Source: Chrysomallon squamiferum
Taxonomy: Eukaryota > Animalia > Mollusca
DNA: 64,000 bases
Assembly (NCBI GenBank): GCA_012295275.1
Contig: CM022678.1
Coordinates: 186,001-250,000 of the forward strand
Direction: 5' to 3'
The number at the start of each line of letters is the position of its first letter. The first letter of the stretch is position 1. Under the pieces are notes generated by a model that worked only from the letters and a program-made list of their open reading frames with translations, was not told where the DNA came from and did no database searches. The position numbers and the translations under genes were made by a program. Shown one piece after another: positions 25,942 through 38,266 of this stretch.

Positions 25942-25948
25942 AGTCAAC
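22408..25948 (-). repeat. Intragenic duplications producing three homologous phase 2-2 exons (22408-22530, 24822-24938, 25826-25948)
   Basis: Each begins tgtgtttcag|GTTGAC and encodes TAEKHSNxDxEPGP followed by a lysine cluster; lengths 123, 117 and 123 bp. Flanking introns are also duplicated (about 22480-23100 with 24880-25600; about 24560-25150 with 25600-26200). Confidence 0.85.
23511..23643 (-). pseudogene. Degenerate paralogue of the RHIM-like exon (…NLISCCANVHLGVEDNLI)
   Basis: ttacag acceptor; the 3' boundary gcaagttgaaaactgaaac mirrors gtaagttaaaaactgaaag of the RHIM-like exon. It is 133 bp, has a GC donor, and its phase does not fit the neighbouring exons. Confidence 0.5.
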
Positions 25949-26327
25949 CTGAAACACACAGATTTACTACTGCTATTCCAAGTTTACCTAAACATTACAA
26001 ATATACATGAAAGCTATCAACAGAACATTTGTATAAAATCACTGGAAATGACTAAACCTGTGCAATGTAACAAAAATTACTGCATTGCTATTAATTTAGG
26101 TTTGTGGACATCAGCTTTACATTTAACACATTTTTCATACTAAAAACACGTTGGTCTGTCTGCATACACAAAGAAATGTCAAAAACTAATTCTAAACACT
26201 TAGTAACGATAACACAGGTAAAATCATGTCATCAGAATTGATTTAATGTAGTTCTATTACTTTGCATTGTTTTTATTTGTTATAAAATGTATATAATAAT
26301 AATAATAATAACAGCAGCAGCAAAAAC

Positions 26328-26366
<39 letters not shown>

Positions 26367-26904
26367 CATAGTAATAATAATAATAATAATGATTCAAAAG
26401 AAAAATGAAAAATAAGTGTAACTATTAGTTTAGAACTACATCGGTGCCAACTACGATCGGTAATTTCTTAGAAGCGAGTTCTTCCTCTTTAATTATTCTA
26501 CTATTGATCAATAAGATCAGATATAAATAAATATCTTGATAAAATAAAATAAAATAAAATAAAATGAATACATAAATAAATAAATGGAACTAAATTAAGT
26601 AATAAGATGGATAAAAATATGGGATTAGCTATTCATAGTTCATATGACTTATATTAGAATTATGACGATTATAATAATACTGATGATGACGACGACAACA
26701 ACAACAATAATGGATTTAGTCTAACTCTACTACTACTAATACTCTCACAACAACGGCTGATATTTCTATGCTGCATCTACAATTACTGCTGCTGCCACTT
26801 CTACTACTGAAACTTCTACTATTGAACCTACTGCAACCATTACAAGAAGCACAAATATCATTATTATTACTACTGCCACAAATGTATTTATTTATATATT
26901 AGAT

Positions 26905-26998
<94 letters not shown>

Positions 26999-27937
26999 TA
27001 ATAATAATAACAACACAAACAAGAACATACTAATCCTATCGAGTGCATGTGTTATTTCTCTGACGATACTCACGTGACCAGTTTATCAAGCTACAGCTAA
27101 CACGTGACTGTTTGTTTCTTATGTAGTTCAGATAAAAACAGTGTATCACACGAGAACAAAGCTAAAGCTGGGTGTTACTTACAACGATCTGACAAATTCA
27201 TTGTAAATACAGTGTCTGCGCATAAGTGTAGAAATAAATAGAAAACGTGTGAAATTATTTAAACTGTGAAAAAATATAAATTTTCAATAACGATGATAAA
27301 GACAAACACATCAACAACCAAATTACTTCCAATAGACAAATAAACAAACAAACTCTTAAATAGAAAATAATACAATTATACGAGTAAATATTATTATTAC
27401 GTTTTTATTAGCTAGTTCAATACACATGATTATAAATAAAACAACTTTATCTCAGAACACATTTTTCAAGTCAGGGTCTACATTAAATTTAATTCATGTC
27501 TATTTAGAAAACCTCACAACATAATGATCAGTGTCCTACCCACTTCCAGTTAAGTGATCCTATTTTTCTGTTGTATCGAAACAAACGAACATATAAAAAC
27601 ACTGGAAATAATTACAGTGTCATGGTCAGTGTGTCACGTGTACATCAGTAGCAGCGAACATCTTTTTATCTTTACCTTTGTAGATGAAAACAAATACACT
27701 AACAATTTATACACTAGTTGGAACATGTCATAGAAAAAGACGAACGTTACATTAGAAGAAAGGGATGAATGAAAAAACGACAAAAATAAAAAATAAAAAA
27801 ATAAAAAGGGAGGGAAGGAAGGAAGAAATAAATGTTTCATTTAAGACTCACTGAACACATTTTATTTGCTGATTTGTGTGCTGCTAAGGACGGCTGAGAT
27901 AAAACGAGATTCACTCTGTGTGTGTACATCTCACATA

Positions 27938-28186
27938 TACATACATACATACATACATACATACATACATACATACATACATACATACATACATACATAC
28001 ATACATACATACATACATACATACATACAAACATACATACATACATACATACATACATACAAACATACATACATACATACATACATACATACATACATAA
28101 ATACATACATACATACATACATACATACATACAAACAAACATACATACATACATACATACATACATAAATACATACATACATACAT
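27938..28186. repeat. (TACA)n microsatellite, ~250 bp
   Basis: Direct reading; it generates the spurious YIHT/MYVC ORFs. Confidence 0.97.
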
Positions 28187-28541
28187 ATATCTATGTATGT
28201 ATGTATATATTCGTATTCGTATTCACCAAATTATTTGGATATTTAAAAGGACATTGTTAGTTCAGATTTTAGAACATATAACATTCATAGACATTTCTAT
28301 CAGCACCTAAAGCAATTAACTGAATGCTCGATATACGTGATACTGATTTTGTTCTCACGAGGTAAAACTCAATGATCTAAAACTGAAAACACTAACAAAA
28401 CAAAAAACATAATAATAATAATAATTCTACTAATAATAAAAACACCAGCAATACGAACAGCAGTGATAATTATAAATAAATAAATAAAATTAATAAATAA
28501 TAACTAAAACTGGAAAGTATTCCATCACTCTGAGTTTCCGA

Positions 28542-28593
<52 letters not shown>

Positions 28594-30088
28594 AGAGAGA
28601 GGCAGAGGGAGAGCGAGAGAGTAAAACAAAATGGAATACTTGCCAGGTTGTATATTTTCTAAGAAGGAGATAACAATCAGGCTTTGCTGTCGTGGAAACC
28701 AGGTTTCAGTTGTATGAGACAAACAAACAAATACGTGATCTAATATACCCGCTTGAAGAGAACTTTGACCGTCTCGTGATCGAGATAACAGTCAGGTGAG
28801 GTATGCCAGCTTGAAAACATGTCCTTATTTGGTAAACTGATAATTACACACGTCAGTTAAAACGATTAATAATCAACAATACAATTTTATCTTTTCGCTT
28901 TAACGTGAAATAAAACAGCCAGGTCCGGTTTTGCATAAATAACGGGTGGGTGTTCTATTTATACATTTACTTTTCACAACAACAGTTACCTGTAGCTACT
29001 ACTACTACTACTACAATTACTATTACTTCTAATACTGCTACGGCTTTACTACCACTACTAACATCAATACCATTATTAGTATTATAACTAATTTAACAAC
29101 TGTTAGTACTCTGGATCATACTACTTCTGCTTCTACCACTACACCTACTGCTACTATTACTGCTACTGTTACCTGTACTGGCGTTGCTACCACTAACATT
29201 ACTGCTACTACTGCTACTAATGCTATAGTTGTCAAAACTAATCATATTGCTACAGCTTTACTACTACAACTATTACTACTGCTATTATAAGTACTATCAC
29301 TATTACTGCTATTATACGTATAACAGCAGTTATTATGCTTTCTGCTACTACTACTGTTTTCTAATTTCAAATCACTTTATGATATTTTATTTTTTAACAC
29401 CGAAAATATCTTTGTTAAATCTACTTTGATTTAATTATGTATGTTCAACTCGTTTATAACTAGCTTATTAGTAAAACACGTGTTAGTGATAAGATGACCT
29501 ACTAATCTTTTTTGTGAAGAGTAAAGTTTACTTTGCTGTCTTAAATGTTTTACCTTGAGATAAACTAAATATAATGCCAGCTTTCCACACACAGAAACAC
29601 ACACATACACATTCACAAACAGAAACACAAAAACAAACTAACTCTTAGAAAACATTAATAAATCAATCAATTAATTAGAACACACATGATTGTGTTAGAA
29701 TAGTGGGGGCATATTTAATCTCAAATTATTTTATTTATTTATGTATGTATTTATTTAATTAATTATTTACTTATTTATCATCATCATCATCAACATATAT
29801 ATATATATTCTGAATGTCCTTATTTTTGAGAAATTAAGAATTGACCATAAATGGAAATCACACACAGACGTACAGACATATGCACAAAGAAACACAATCT
29901 TAAACGCATACACACACATAAATATAGAGACTTACAAACACATACATACATGCACACGGAGAAATACACACACATATACTGAAGCATACACATACTCAGA
30001 CACACATACATACACACACCCATACATAAGCACAGGGTCTTCTCTTACGTTTATTATTATTGTTGTTATTATTATCATTCTTATTATA

Positions 30089-30139
<51 letters not shown>

Positions 30140-30825
30140 GTTATTATTATTATTATTGTTAATATTGAAATAAATAATCTTTAATCATTGCTGGTATTGA
30201 AGATAATACTGGATACAGAGAAGGAAACAATCTTTGTTTAATCGATTAATATACTTTAAAATATTTCAAACACAATTAATTTAGTAGTACTAGTAGTAGC
30301 AGTCGTAGTCGTAGTAGTAGTAGTAGTTGTTGTTGTAGTTGTAGTAGTAGTAATAGTAGTAGTAGTAGTTGTAGTAGTAGTAGTAATAGTAGTAGTAGTA
30401 GTAGTAGTGGTAATAATAATATAATAATAATTTCTTTATGGTCAAACTTTTCATTCTTTAATAATGTAAATGTAGTTATATTTTACAGTAGTAATTTTCT
30501 ACGAGTGGTTTGAAATTTTTGTTATCTCTGCTGAACTTGTTCTTCAAACACGAGTTGGTGATAACATGACCTACACATCTGCTTTATCAGGTCTAAAGTT
30601 TGCTTAGTTGTCTAAATTTATTCAATATAGATAAAGATTACTTTCTACTACAAAGTCAACTTGAGAGAGAGAAAATAAACAAATGAACAAATAGAGAAAT
30701 AAGTAAATAAAAAACTAACAAATAAATAAATAAATAAGAAAAAACTTAATAAATGTGTAAAAAGAAAACCATCTATTATTATAGTAGTATATTTTAAACA
30801 ACACACTCACGCACACACACACATC

Positions 30826-30892
<67 letters not shown>

Positions 30893-33546
30893 TGGAAAGA
30901 TCGGAAGAGAATCACACATTATCACACGAGGTGAACCATTGTGTTGTATGGAGACGGGTGTGGATGTTCATAAATATCTTTATCAACAGACTCGTGTAGT
31001 CCATGAACATCTGAATATCAGTTCGTATATCATCTCTTCATTTACCTAAAATATGATTCACCTGGAGAAACATTTCAACAAGACACGAGGTGTCAGTGGA
31101 GAGGAGCAGAAATTCAAACTTGGATCACAAGACGTACTCCCCAGTATCGCTGTCACATCTTAAACAGCGCGCAGCTTGATACCAGAGTTTTCTTCCAACA
31201 CTTTTCTTCTAATATCTCTTTTGTTGACGAACACAACAATTGCTGTTAGTTTTATTAAATTGTTAGTTAGTATTACTGGCTACTGCTGTCATTACTACTA
31301 AGTTGTGTATTGTGCATCCGACAAGGCGACAGGAGTATGTATATGTGTGCAAAAATAAGCAGGCGCACACTCGCAACCACGCACACAGTACAGAGACATA
31401 TATCACAGTTACAGAAGGCTTTGTTACAAACAAACACAGCCACATTAAATATGTGTGACATTGCATGTTACTGAAATGGCTGAACAACTCTTAATGAAAT
31501 TTCGAATACTGACAGAATAAACATGTATAGTTTAATTCTGCAGAAATAGAATGACAAATTATATAAATGCTTTACAAATTAAACAAATAATTTAATAAAT
31601 GTTTTATACTTTACAGAAATCAGATGATTAACTTGTCTAAATTACGTAATCGGACTGACGTCACTGGACAAGGAGCAATGACAATAACAACAAGACAAGT
31701 AACAGTGACTACTGCCTCTAGCACTTCTGCTCTTACTACTATTTCTATTTCTAGTTATTACTCTAATATTAGTTTCATTTAGTTTATAACAACATAATAA
31801 CAACATCGAAAACAAATATTACTTCTACTTCTGCTAGTAACACAAAACAATACAAAAATTCAAACAGTTATTACTACAAATACCACCAGCACTACTGTTA
31901 CTACTAATATTATTTCCAATATGAATCTCTAAAACAAATAGTTTTCAGGGAGCGTCTGCCGGATTACAGATCAAATCAAATTTATTTTGATTTCTTTTTT
32001 TAGAAATAATAGCATGACAAATAGATATAAAAGAATACAGTGCATACCGTCAGAAATATATATATATTCAATATAAAAATTGAGTAATGAGTCAACTGTA
32101 CATGTGTATGTGTGTATGCGTGCGTGCGTGTGTGTGTGTGTACATACATACAGACAATTTACAGCTCACAAGATAAGACTCTTTGACCTTAAAAGATAAT
32201 CACCATTATTTAGTCACTGAATTCCCAAAACACTGCACAAAATGATGAATCAGTTTTGGAAAATTAACTTTCTAGAAAACAAAACAAATAAATAAAATAA
32301 AATAAAATAAAATAAAAAATCAGAATGTAAATAAATAAACAAATAAATAATTGTTTTATGGTCACTATATGCAGAAGATCACAGATAGGCATACACAATT
32401 AAATTTTATAATACAGTTAGACAGAACCTGAATCATAATTTTAACTTTGAAAAAAGGAATCCATTTATTCAGTGGAATTAATAGGAGATTTAAAAAGTAA
32501 CTGACACAAATACACGCTTTTAACAGCTTAGAAATTTCTAGGTGAGAATCCCAGCCAGTCATTTAACCAAATAGTTTAAACTGAAGACAACTCTAACAAT
32601 TCTCATACATATATTCATGTATGTGATGTCAGAAGATAAAATTCAGTTTTGAAATCAGTTTGGTTCAAAAACTGATAGAGCGTGTGAAAAAACAACAACA
32701 ACAAAAGTTAAAAAGTAAAATGTTCTTGCACATAAGCGGTATTGGAAAAAAAGCTATTTGTCACTGTGAACAAGCAGTTTTGAACTTAAAGAGATTTCTG
32801 AATTGTCCTGTTCATCATCTGAATCTGACATATTTGTTTTCAGTTTACTGTCCTCGCTGTTTCAGCTATCACTGGAACAGTCATCAGATATTTCACACTG
32901 TCCACACACTGAACTCTGAGCTATCACTGGAACAGTCATAAGATATTCCAGACACTGAACTCTGTCTCACGTTCTCAACTTGTTTGTATGTTTCTGATTT
33001 CGGCTAATCACAATGATCTAGTGTTTTATTTGTTTCAATTTCTGCAGTTACTGAACTTTGTTTCATTTTGTTTACCTGTATTTACAAGTCCGATGTTTTA
33101 TCTAGATATCTGTTTGCTGTTTCATTTCTTTCAAACTCTGCAGAGTTCTGTTTCGTCAGAGCTGTATTCTCACCTGATAGGTTGTGATGAAATTCTTTAT
33201 TTAAACTGAATCAATTTCAGAATATTTATTATTCTTATTTTTAACAGGTGTGTAGAAATTTGTAATACGCACGCTGTTGTCAACGTCCGCTTCTGTGTTC
33301 AGGGTTTAGACGACAATGTCAGATTCAAGTGTTTGTTCTTCACTTTGTTTTCATTTATTTCAGCTTTGTCCCTGTCTTCCTCAGCACTTTGTGTTTGAAA
33401 TTTATGTATATTTACGTGTATGTTACACCTTTTTTCAGATTTTCTGCTCGTTATATCACATGTTTTCGCCTGCTCGTTACTTTCATACACCTGACTTTTC
33501 TTCATTTTCCTTTCCTGTTTATTGCACACTTCAATCTCCTCTTCTT

Positions 33547-35085
33547 TTACGTTTGTTTCTTCATCGATGTTTCAAACCTCGATCGTGTTTTTTGCACTAA
33601 AAGTAACAAAGCAGGTATTTGTCCGTCTGTCACACATGTACGAAGTTGTCTGTCACTGTGTTTAGATTTGTGTGACTCAGAAAATCTACAAACAAAAGAG
33701 TCTACAACAATTCTTGATTTACCTTCACCTCCACACCATGTGCGTCCTCCCTTAACATTAACAAACAAGCTGTACTCAGTGTCTTCAGTAATCTTCACTG
33801 GACGTCTGAACTCGACGTCATACACATCGGACACGAGTTCATATCTCTGTGTCAGCGTAGACCCATCCATGATTACGTCTGTTCTTGTGTCAGTGACGAA
33901 GGCGCTGACGTCGTAGTTTCGTGGTACATAGTAACCGTACAACTGAAATCCGCGAAGTAAAGCATTTTTCTTGACAGAGAAAGTAATGGAGTCATCATAT
34001 TCACCAGAACATGACAAGTAATCAAATAATCCGAGTAATTCACCATACGTACCTAACCTGTTTATTGTAATCTGTGTTTTCATTCCAGTTCTCTTGTTAG
34101 AGTTAAAAGGTGAAACATCTTCATCACTGCTCACCAAGTTTTTAAAAATCTTGATTTGTTCTGCGTCAGTGAGTATGTGAGTGGGTGTCACGTGTTTTAC
34201 AAAATACGTCTGATCGAGTAATGGATAACGCACGTGCTTCACGACCTCTCCCAGTGCTTCGCGCATGTTCTTTCCATTCGTCGCTCTTACTTGCTTCCTG
34301 CAGGCGCTGTCAGCCCACTTCACAGCGGCTTCAAAACAATTTTTCTCGTCTGCTCTCAGTTCGTCTGATAGTACGATCTCAACCAGACATTCGTGACAAA
34401 GATCGGTGACTTCACCTGACTTCAGAACTTCGTCGCCATTTTTCAAAATGAAGTCCAGAGTTTTTTTCCTTAGATCATGTTCATCAAACAGGTGAGCTTG
34501 TTCCAACACGACGCACGCATTCTGTGACGACAACGACGACTCAAAATAGTTTAAGCATTTGGCTTCAAGAGTTGTGATGATGTACTTCCTCGATAGATAC
34601 AGCAGACCGGTGACGTTGTCGCCTGTTAGGACGACGTCATCCGTATAAAGATATCTGCGTAAAAGAAGTAGATTAAGACATTAAAGTATCAGATAATTAT
34701 GTGACATTAATTATTTAATAAACAATTAGATTACTAACAAAAACTGTATTGTTATCAACGTTTCTGTCTGTCTGTATGTGTTTAACGTGTGTGTGTGTGT
34801 GTGTGAGTGTGTGTGTGTTTTAACATACTTTAAAAACTCTGAGAAGATTTCTGCCTGCATATCCGGTACTTTGATACTTGTTTGTTCGCGAAGTTCTCCG
34901 GTCAGCATCTGATGAAAAACTTCGCTTCGAATAATGAGAATAAAACGATGGGCATCGACAGCAACTTTATGTTCACCAACCAAAAATCTGACGTCCGTGT
35001 CAGTTCTTGTACGAAAAACGTGTTCAAGGCATTGCATCAGATTCTTCCCTGTCTGCCAACTTGAGATTATAGTTGCGGTGGCCAT
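33547..35085 (-). CDS. BTB/POZ-BACK-PHR domain protein (BTBD1/2/3/6-like), 2 coding exons, 454 aa
   Basis: Exons 34829-35085 and 33547-34654 joined by a phase-2 intron (gtatgt...ttttacgcag), 1365 nt. BTB: DVRFLVG...AHRFILIIRSEVFHQML...FLKYLYTD. BACK: CFEAAVKWADSAC...VRYPLL. PHR: DSITFSV...RGFQLYG...GQIPALL. Confidence 0.92.
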
Positions 35086-35101
35086 ATTTTCACTACAAAC
35101 A

Positions 35102-35159
<58 letters not shown>

Positions 35160-35368
35160 GTAATAATAACAATAATAAAAATAACAGTAATAATAATAAT
35201 AATAATAACAGTAATAATAATAAGAAGAAGAAAGATAATAAAAATTATAATAATAAAAAAAATAGTAATCGTAATAACAATAATAATGACAAGAACAATA
35301 ATAATAATAATTATAAAAATAATAACAATAACATTAACAATAACAAAAATTATTATAATAATAATAAC

Positions 35369-35405
<37 letters not shown>

Positions 35406-35596
35406 TCAATAATAAACATAAAAATAGCAATAACAATAACAATAATAATAAAAGAAATAAGAATAATAATAATAATATCAATAACAATAATAATAATAAT
35501 GAAAATAATACCAATAATAATAATAACACTAATAAATATAATAATAGAAATAACAATAACAACAATAAGAACAACAACAACAATAATAATAATAAT

Positions 35597-35650
<54 letters not shown>
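35102..35650. repeat. Compound (AAT)/(AAC) low-complexity tract, ~550 bp
   Basis: Direct reading; abuts the acceptor upstream of the first BTB coding exon (35092). Confidence 0.95.
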
Positions 35651-36713
35651 GGCATACTAAAAATAATTTTAAAATATTTCCCAGTGCATATGACGTGTGC
35701 AAGGACATATTCCAAAATCGAAACAAAAAAATAATCAAACCAAGATAATTTCTAAAAATCGATTACTTTCTGTTTAACGCCTCTTCTAGTGAACACTGAG
35801 ATCAGAGGTCTAAAAATATCTAACTAACTAACTAACTAACTGACTAAATAAATAAATAATAAATATATTAATAAAAGAAGGAAAGAAAGAAAAAACATCG
35901 GCTAGATAAAGGATAAAAAAGAATTACCGTGTGCTGATGGTAATGATTACTATGATGATGACGAAGACACAAAGAATTATTATTATTATCATTTTTATTG
36001 TAAACAAAGGTCTGTGCTCAGTCAGATAAGAAATATTTCACTGTTGGAGAAACGATTTTCATATCGCAATGTACTGGTGGTCATTTATAACAGCTTACTT
36101 CTCGAAAAGTTAGCAAAATTATCCGTCAGTGACAGATCTATACAGAAACACTAAAGAATAAAGTAATAAAAAAAAAAAGAAATAGAATACAATTTAAAAT
36201 ACCTTCTGATTTGAACTTCCTGATGGACAATTTATTTAAGCGACTATTTTCGGTCTGTCGACTCAACTCTAGATCACCGCTATCACCGATCTAAGAATAA
36301 ATGAAACAAATTAAAATAAAATAAAACAAAATGAAATAAAGTAAGCAATAAATAACAAAATATATCAATAAGAAATAATGGCTCTACTAGGGTAGTAATA
36401 GTAGAACTAGTATTAAATATATTACTACTACCACTACTACTAATAATAACAATAATAATAGCATACTAAAATTAGGATACACTTAACCTAGATTCATTTC
36501 AATTTAAAAAACCTCGTACTGAAATAATCTGTTTGTTAGAGAACAAACTCTGATATATTTAGTAATAAATTAAGAACACTGGAATAGTTAAAACATAATA
36601 AAATAAAAAATATCAAAGACTTTGAATATGGCCAACTTGTTTTATTTCTGCTTTGTGTACTTTTGGTCCTCAAAATCCACCACTGATAAACACGCGAGTG
36701 ACGTCATCAAGTG

Positions 36714-36783
36714 CAGTGGCGTGCAGAGGTGGGAGCCGAAGGGGCTCTGGCCCCGAGCTTCACCAGACCTCCACACGACACTG
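36714..36783. mobile_element. 70-bp hAT-like MITE with 8-bp target-site duplication
   Basis: TIRs CAGTGGCGTGCAGAGGT and revcomp CAGTGTCGTGTGGAGGT (14/17). TSD ATCAAGTG at 36706-36713 and 36784-36791. Homologous empty site ATCAGGTG at 4468-4475. Confidence 0.85.
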
Positions 36784-37609
36784 ATCAAGTGTCACGTTGT
36801 TAGGTTTCAATATCAGTTTAATATAAAGAAATCGTGCTACGAGATATATGTATACTCATCTTACAGAAATGTTCTTTAAAACTGATTACAACAATTGAAT
36901 AGATTAAGTACTACTAGATTGCATTGTTTATACGTAAGTTATTAAATCTGTATAATAATAATAATAATAATAAAAACAATAGCAGCAACAACAATAATAA
37001 GAAGAAGAAATACATTTTACAGTGCACTAAATATACGTGTACATATTTTATTTCTCTGACGATGCTTGCATGACCAGTATATCAAGTTAAGGTAACACGT
37101 GACGTTTGCTTGTAATGTATGTAGCTAAGATAAAAATAGGGTGCCACTGCTGTATGAGAAACATAAAGGTATACTCGGGTGTTATTTACAACGATCTGAT
37201 AAATTCATTGTTAAAAAACTCTCTGCCCATAAGTGTAGAAATAAACCCTTGAAAATATGAAATCAATTACACTTGTCATTAGTTCAAGGAAGAAGATATA
37301 GACAACCCAATTATTTCCAATAAAGAGAACAAACTAACAAACTTGTAAATAGAAAATAATACTATTATATGAGATAATATTTTCATATCTTCTATTGGCA
37401 CGTACCATACCTTTAAAAAGCCTCACGCAGTAATATTGTTTATTATATGTATATCAATAGCAGCGATAAAAGAAAAATACAATAACATATTATACGCTGG
37501 TTGGAACGGCTGATATTCCAATATGAACGTTAGATAAGAAGAAAGGAATTAATGAAGAAAGAAAGAAAGACTGAGATGAACACACGCAGGGCAATAAAAA
37601 ATCAAATAC

Positions 37610-37648
<39 letters not shown>

Positions 37649-38066
37649 TAAATTAAATTAACACAATAAAAAATACTTTGTAGTTTCAAAGTAGTTACTT
37701 TAAATTTTTCCTGATCGATAATTGATCTTCTATTGATCACAGATATCAGGAATCTATAAATAAATAAATAAAATGACATTAAGTAAAATGAAGTAATCGG
37801 ATATAGTATAAACTATAAACGATACATTGAACTCTACAGATACCGAACCAATTATCCGGCGTCCTGAAATCCCGAAAGACAAGAAAACAAGAACTTTTTC
37901 CCGACACAATTTTCATACTTTGAGCGCGCGGGTTTTGTCCTCACAAGACCGTAACTACTCTTTCAAGCCGCATGTTGTTCATTGACTCGCCGCATTGTTT
38001 ACGTGTCGAGTAGCTACAGTTGTGTATTGTCAATTTTCTTATTTCATATTTTTTTTAAATTTTAAA

Positions 38067-38266
38067 NNNNNNNNNNNNNNNNNNNNNNNNNNNNNNNNNN
38101 NNNNNNNNNNNNNNNNNNNNNNNNNNNNNNNNNNNNNNNNNNNNNNNNNNNNNNNNNNNNNNNNNNNNNNNNNNNNNNNNNNNNNNNNNNNNNNNNNNNN
38201 NNNNNNNNNNNNNNNNNNNNNNNNNNNNNNNNNNNNNNNNNNNNNNNNNNNNNNNNNNNNNNNNNN
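38067..38266. other. Assembly gap (200 N)
   Basis: Run of exactly 200 N directly left of the satellite. Confidence 0.99.

Noticed and set aside
31060-31175. tRNA gene or tRNA-derived SINE on the minus strand
   Set aside because: Only weak A-box and B-box resemblance, no cloverleaf and no second copy in the window.
33329-34409. Plus-strand ORFs overlapping the BTB gene (and those antisense to the STAND gene)
   Set aside because: Antisense shadows of real coding exons.
34934-35734. Poly-Asn, poly-Ile and poly-Leu ORFs (also at 1707-2307, 8027-8215, 27837-28260, 30715-30915)
   Set aside because: Translations of (AAT)n, (TACA)n and similar microsatellites.
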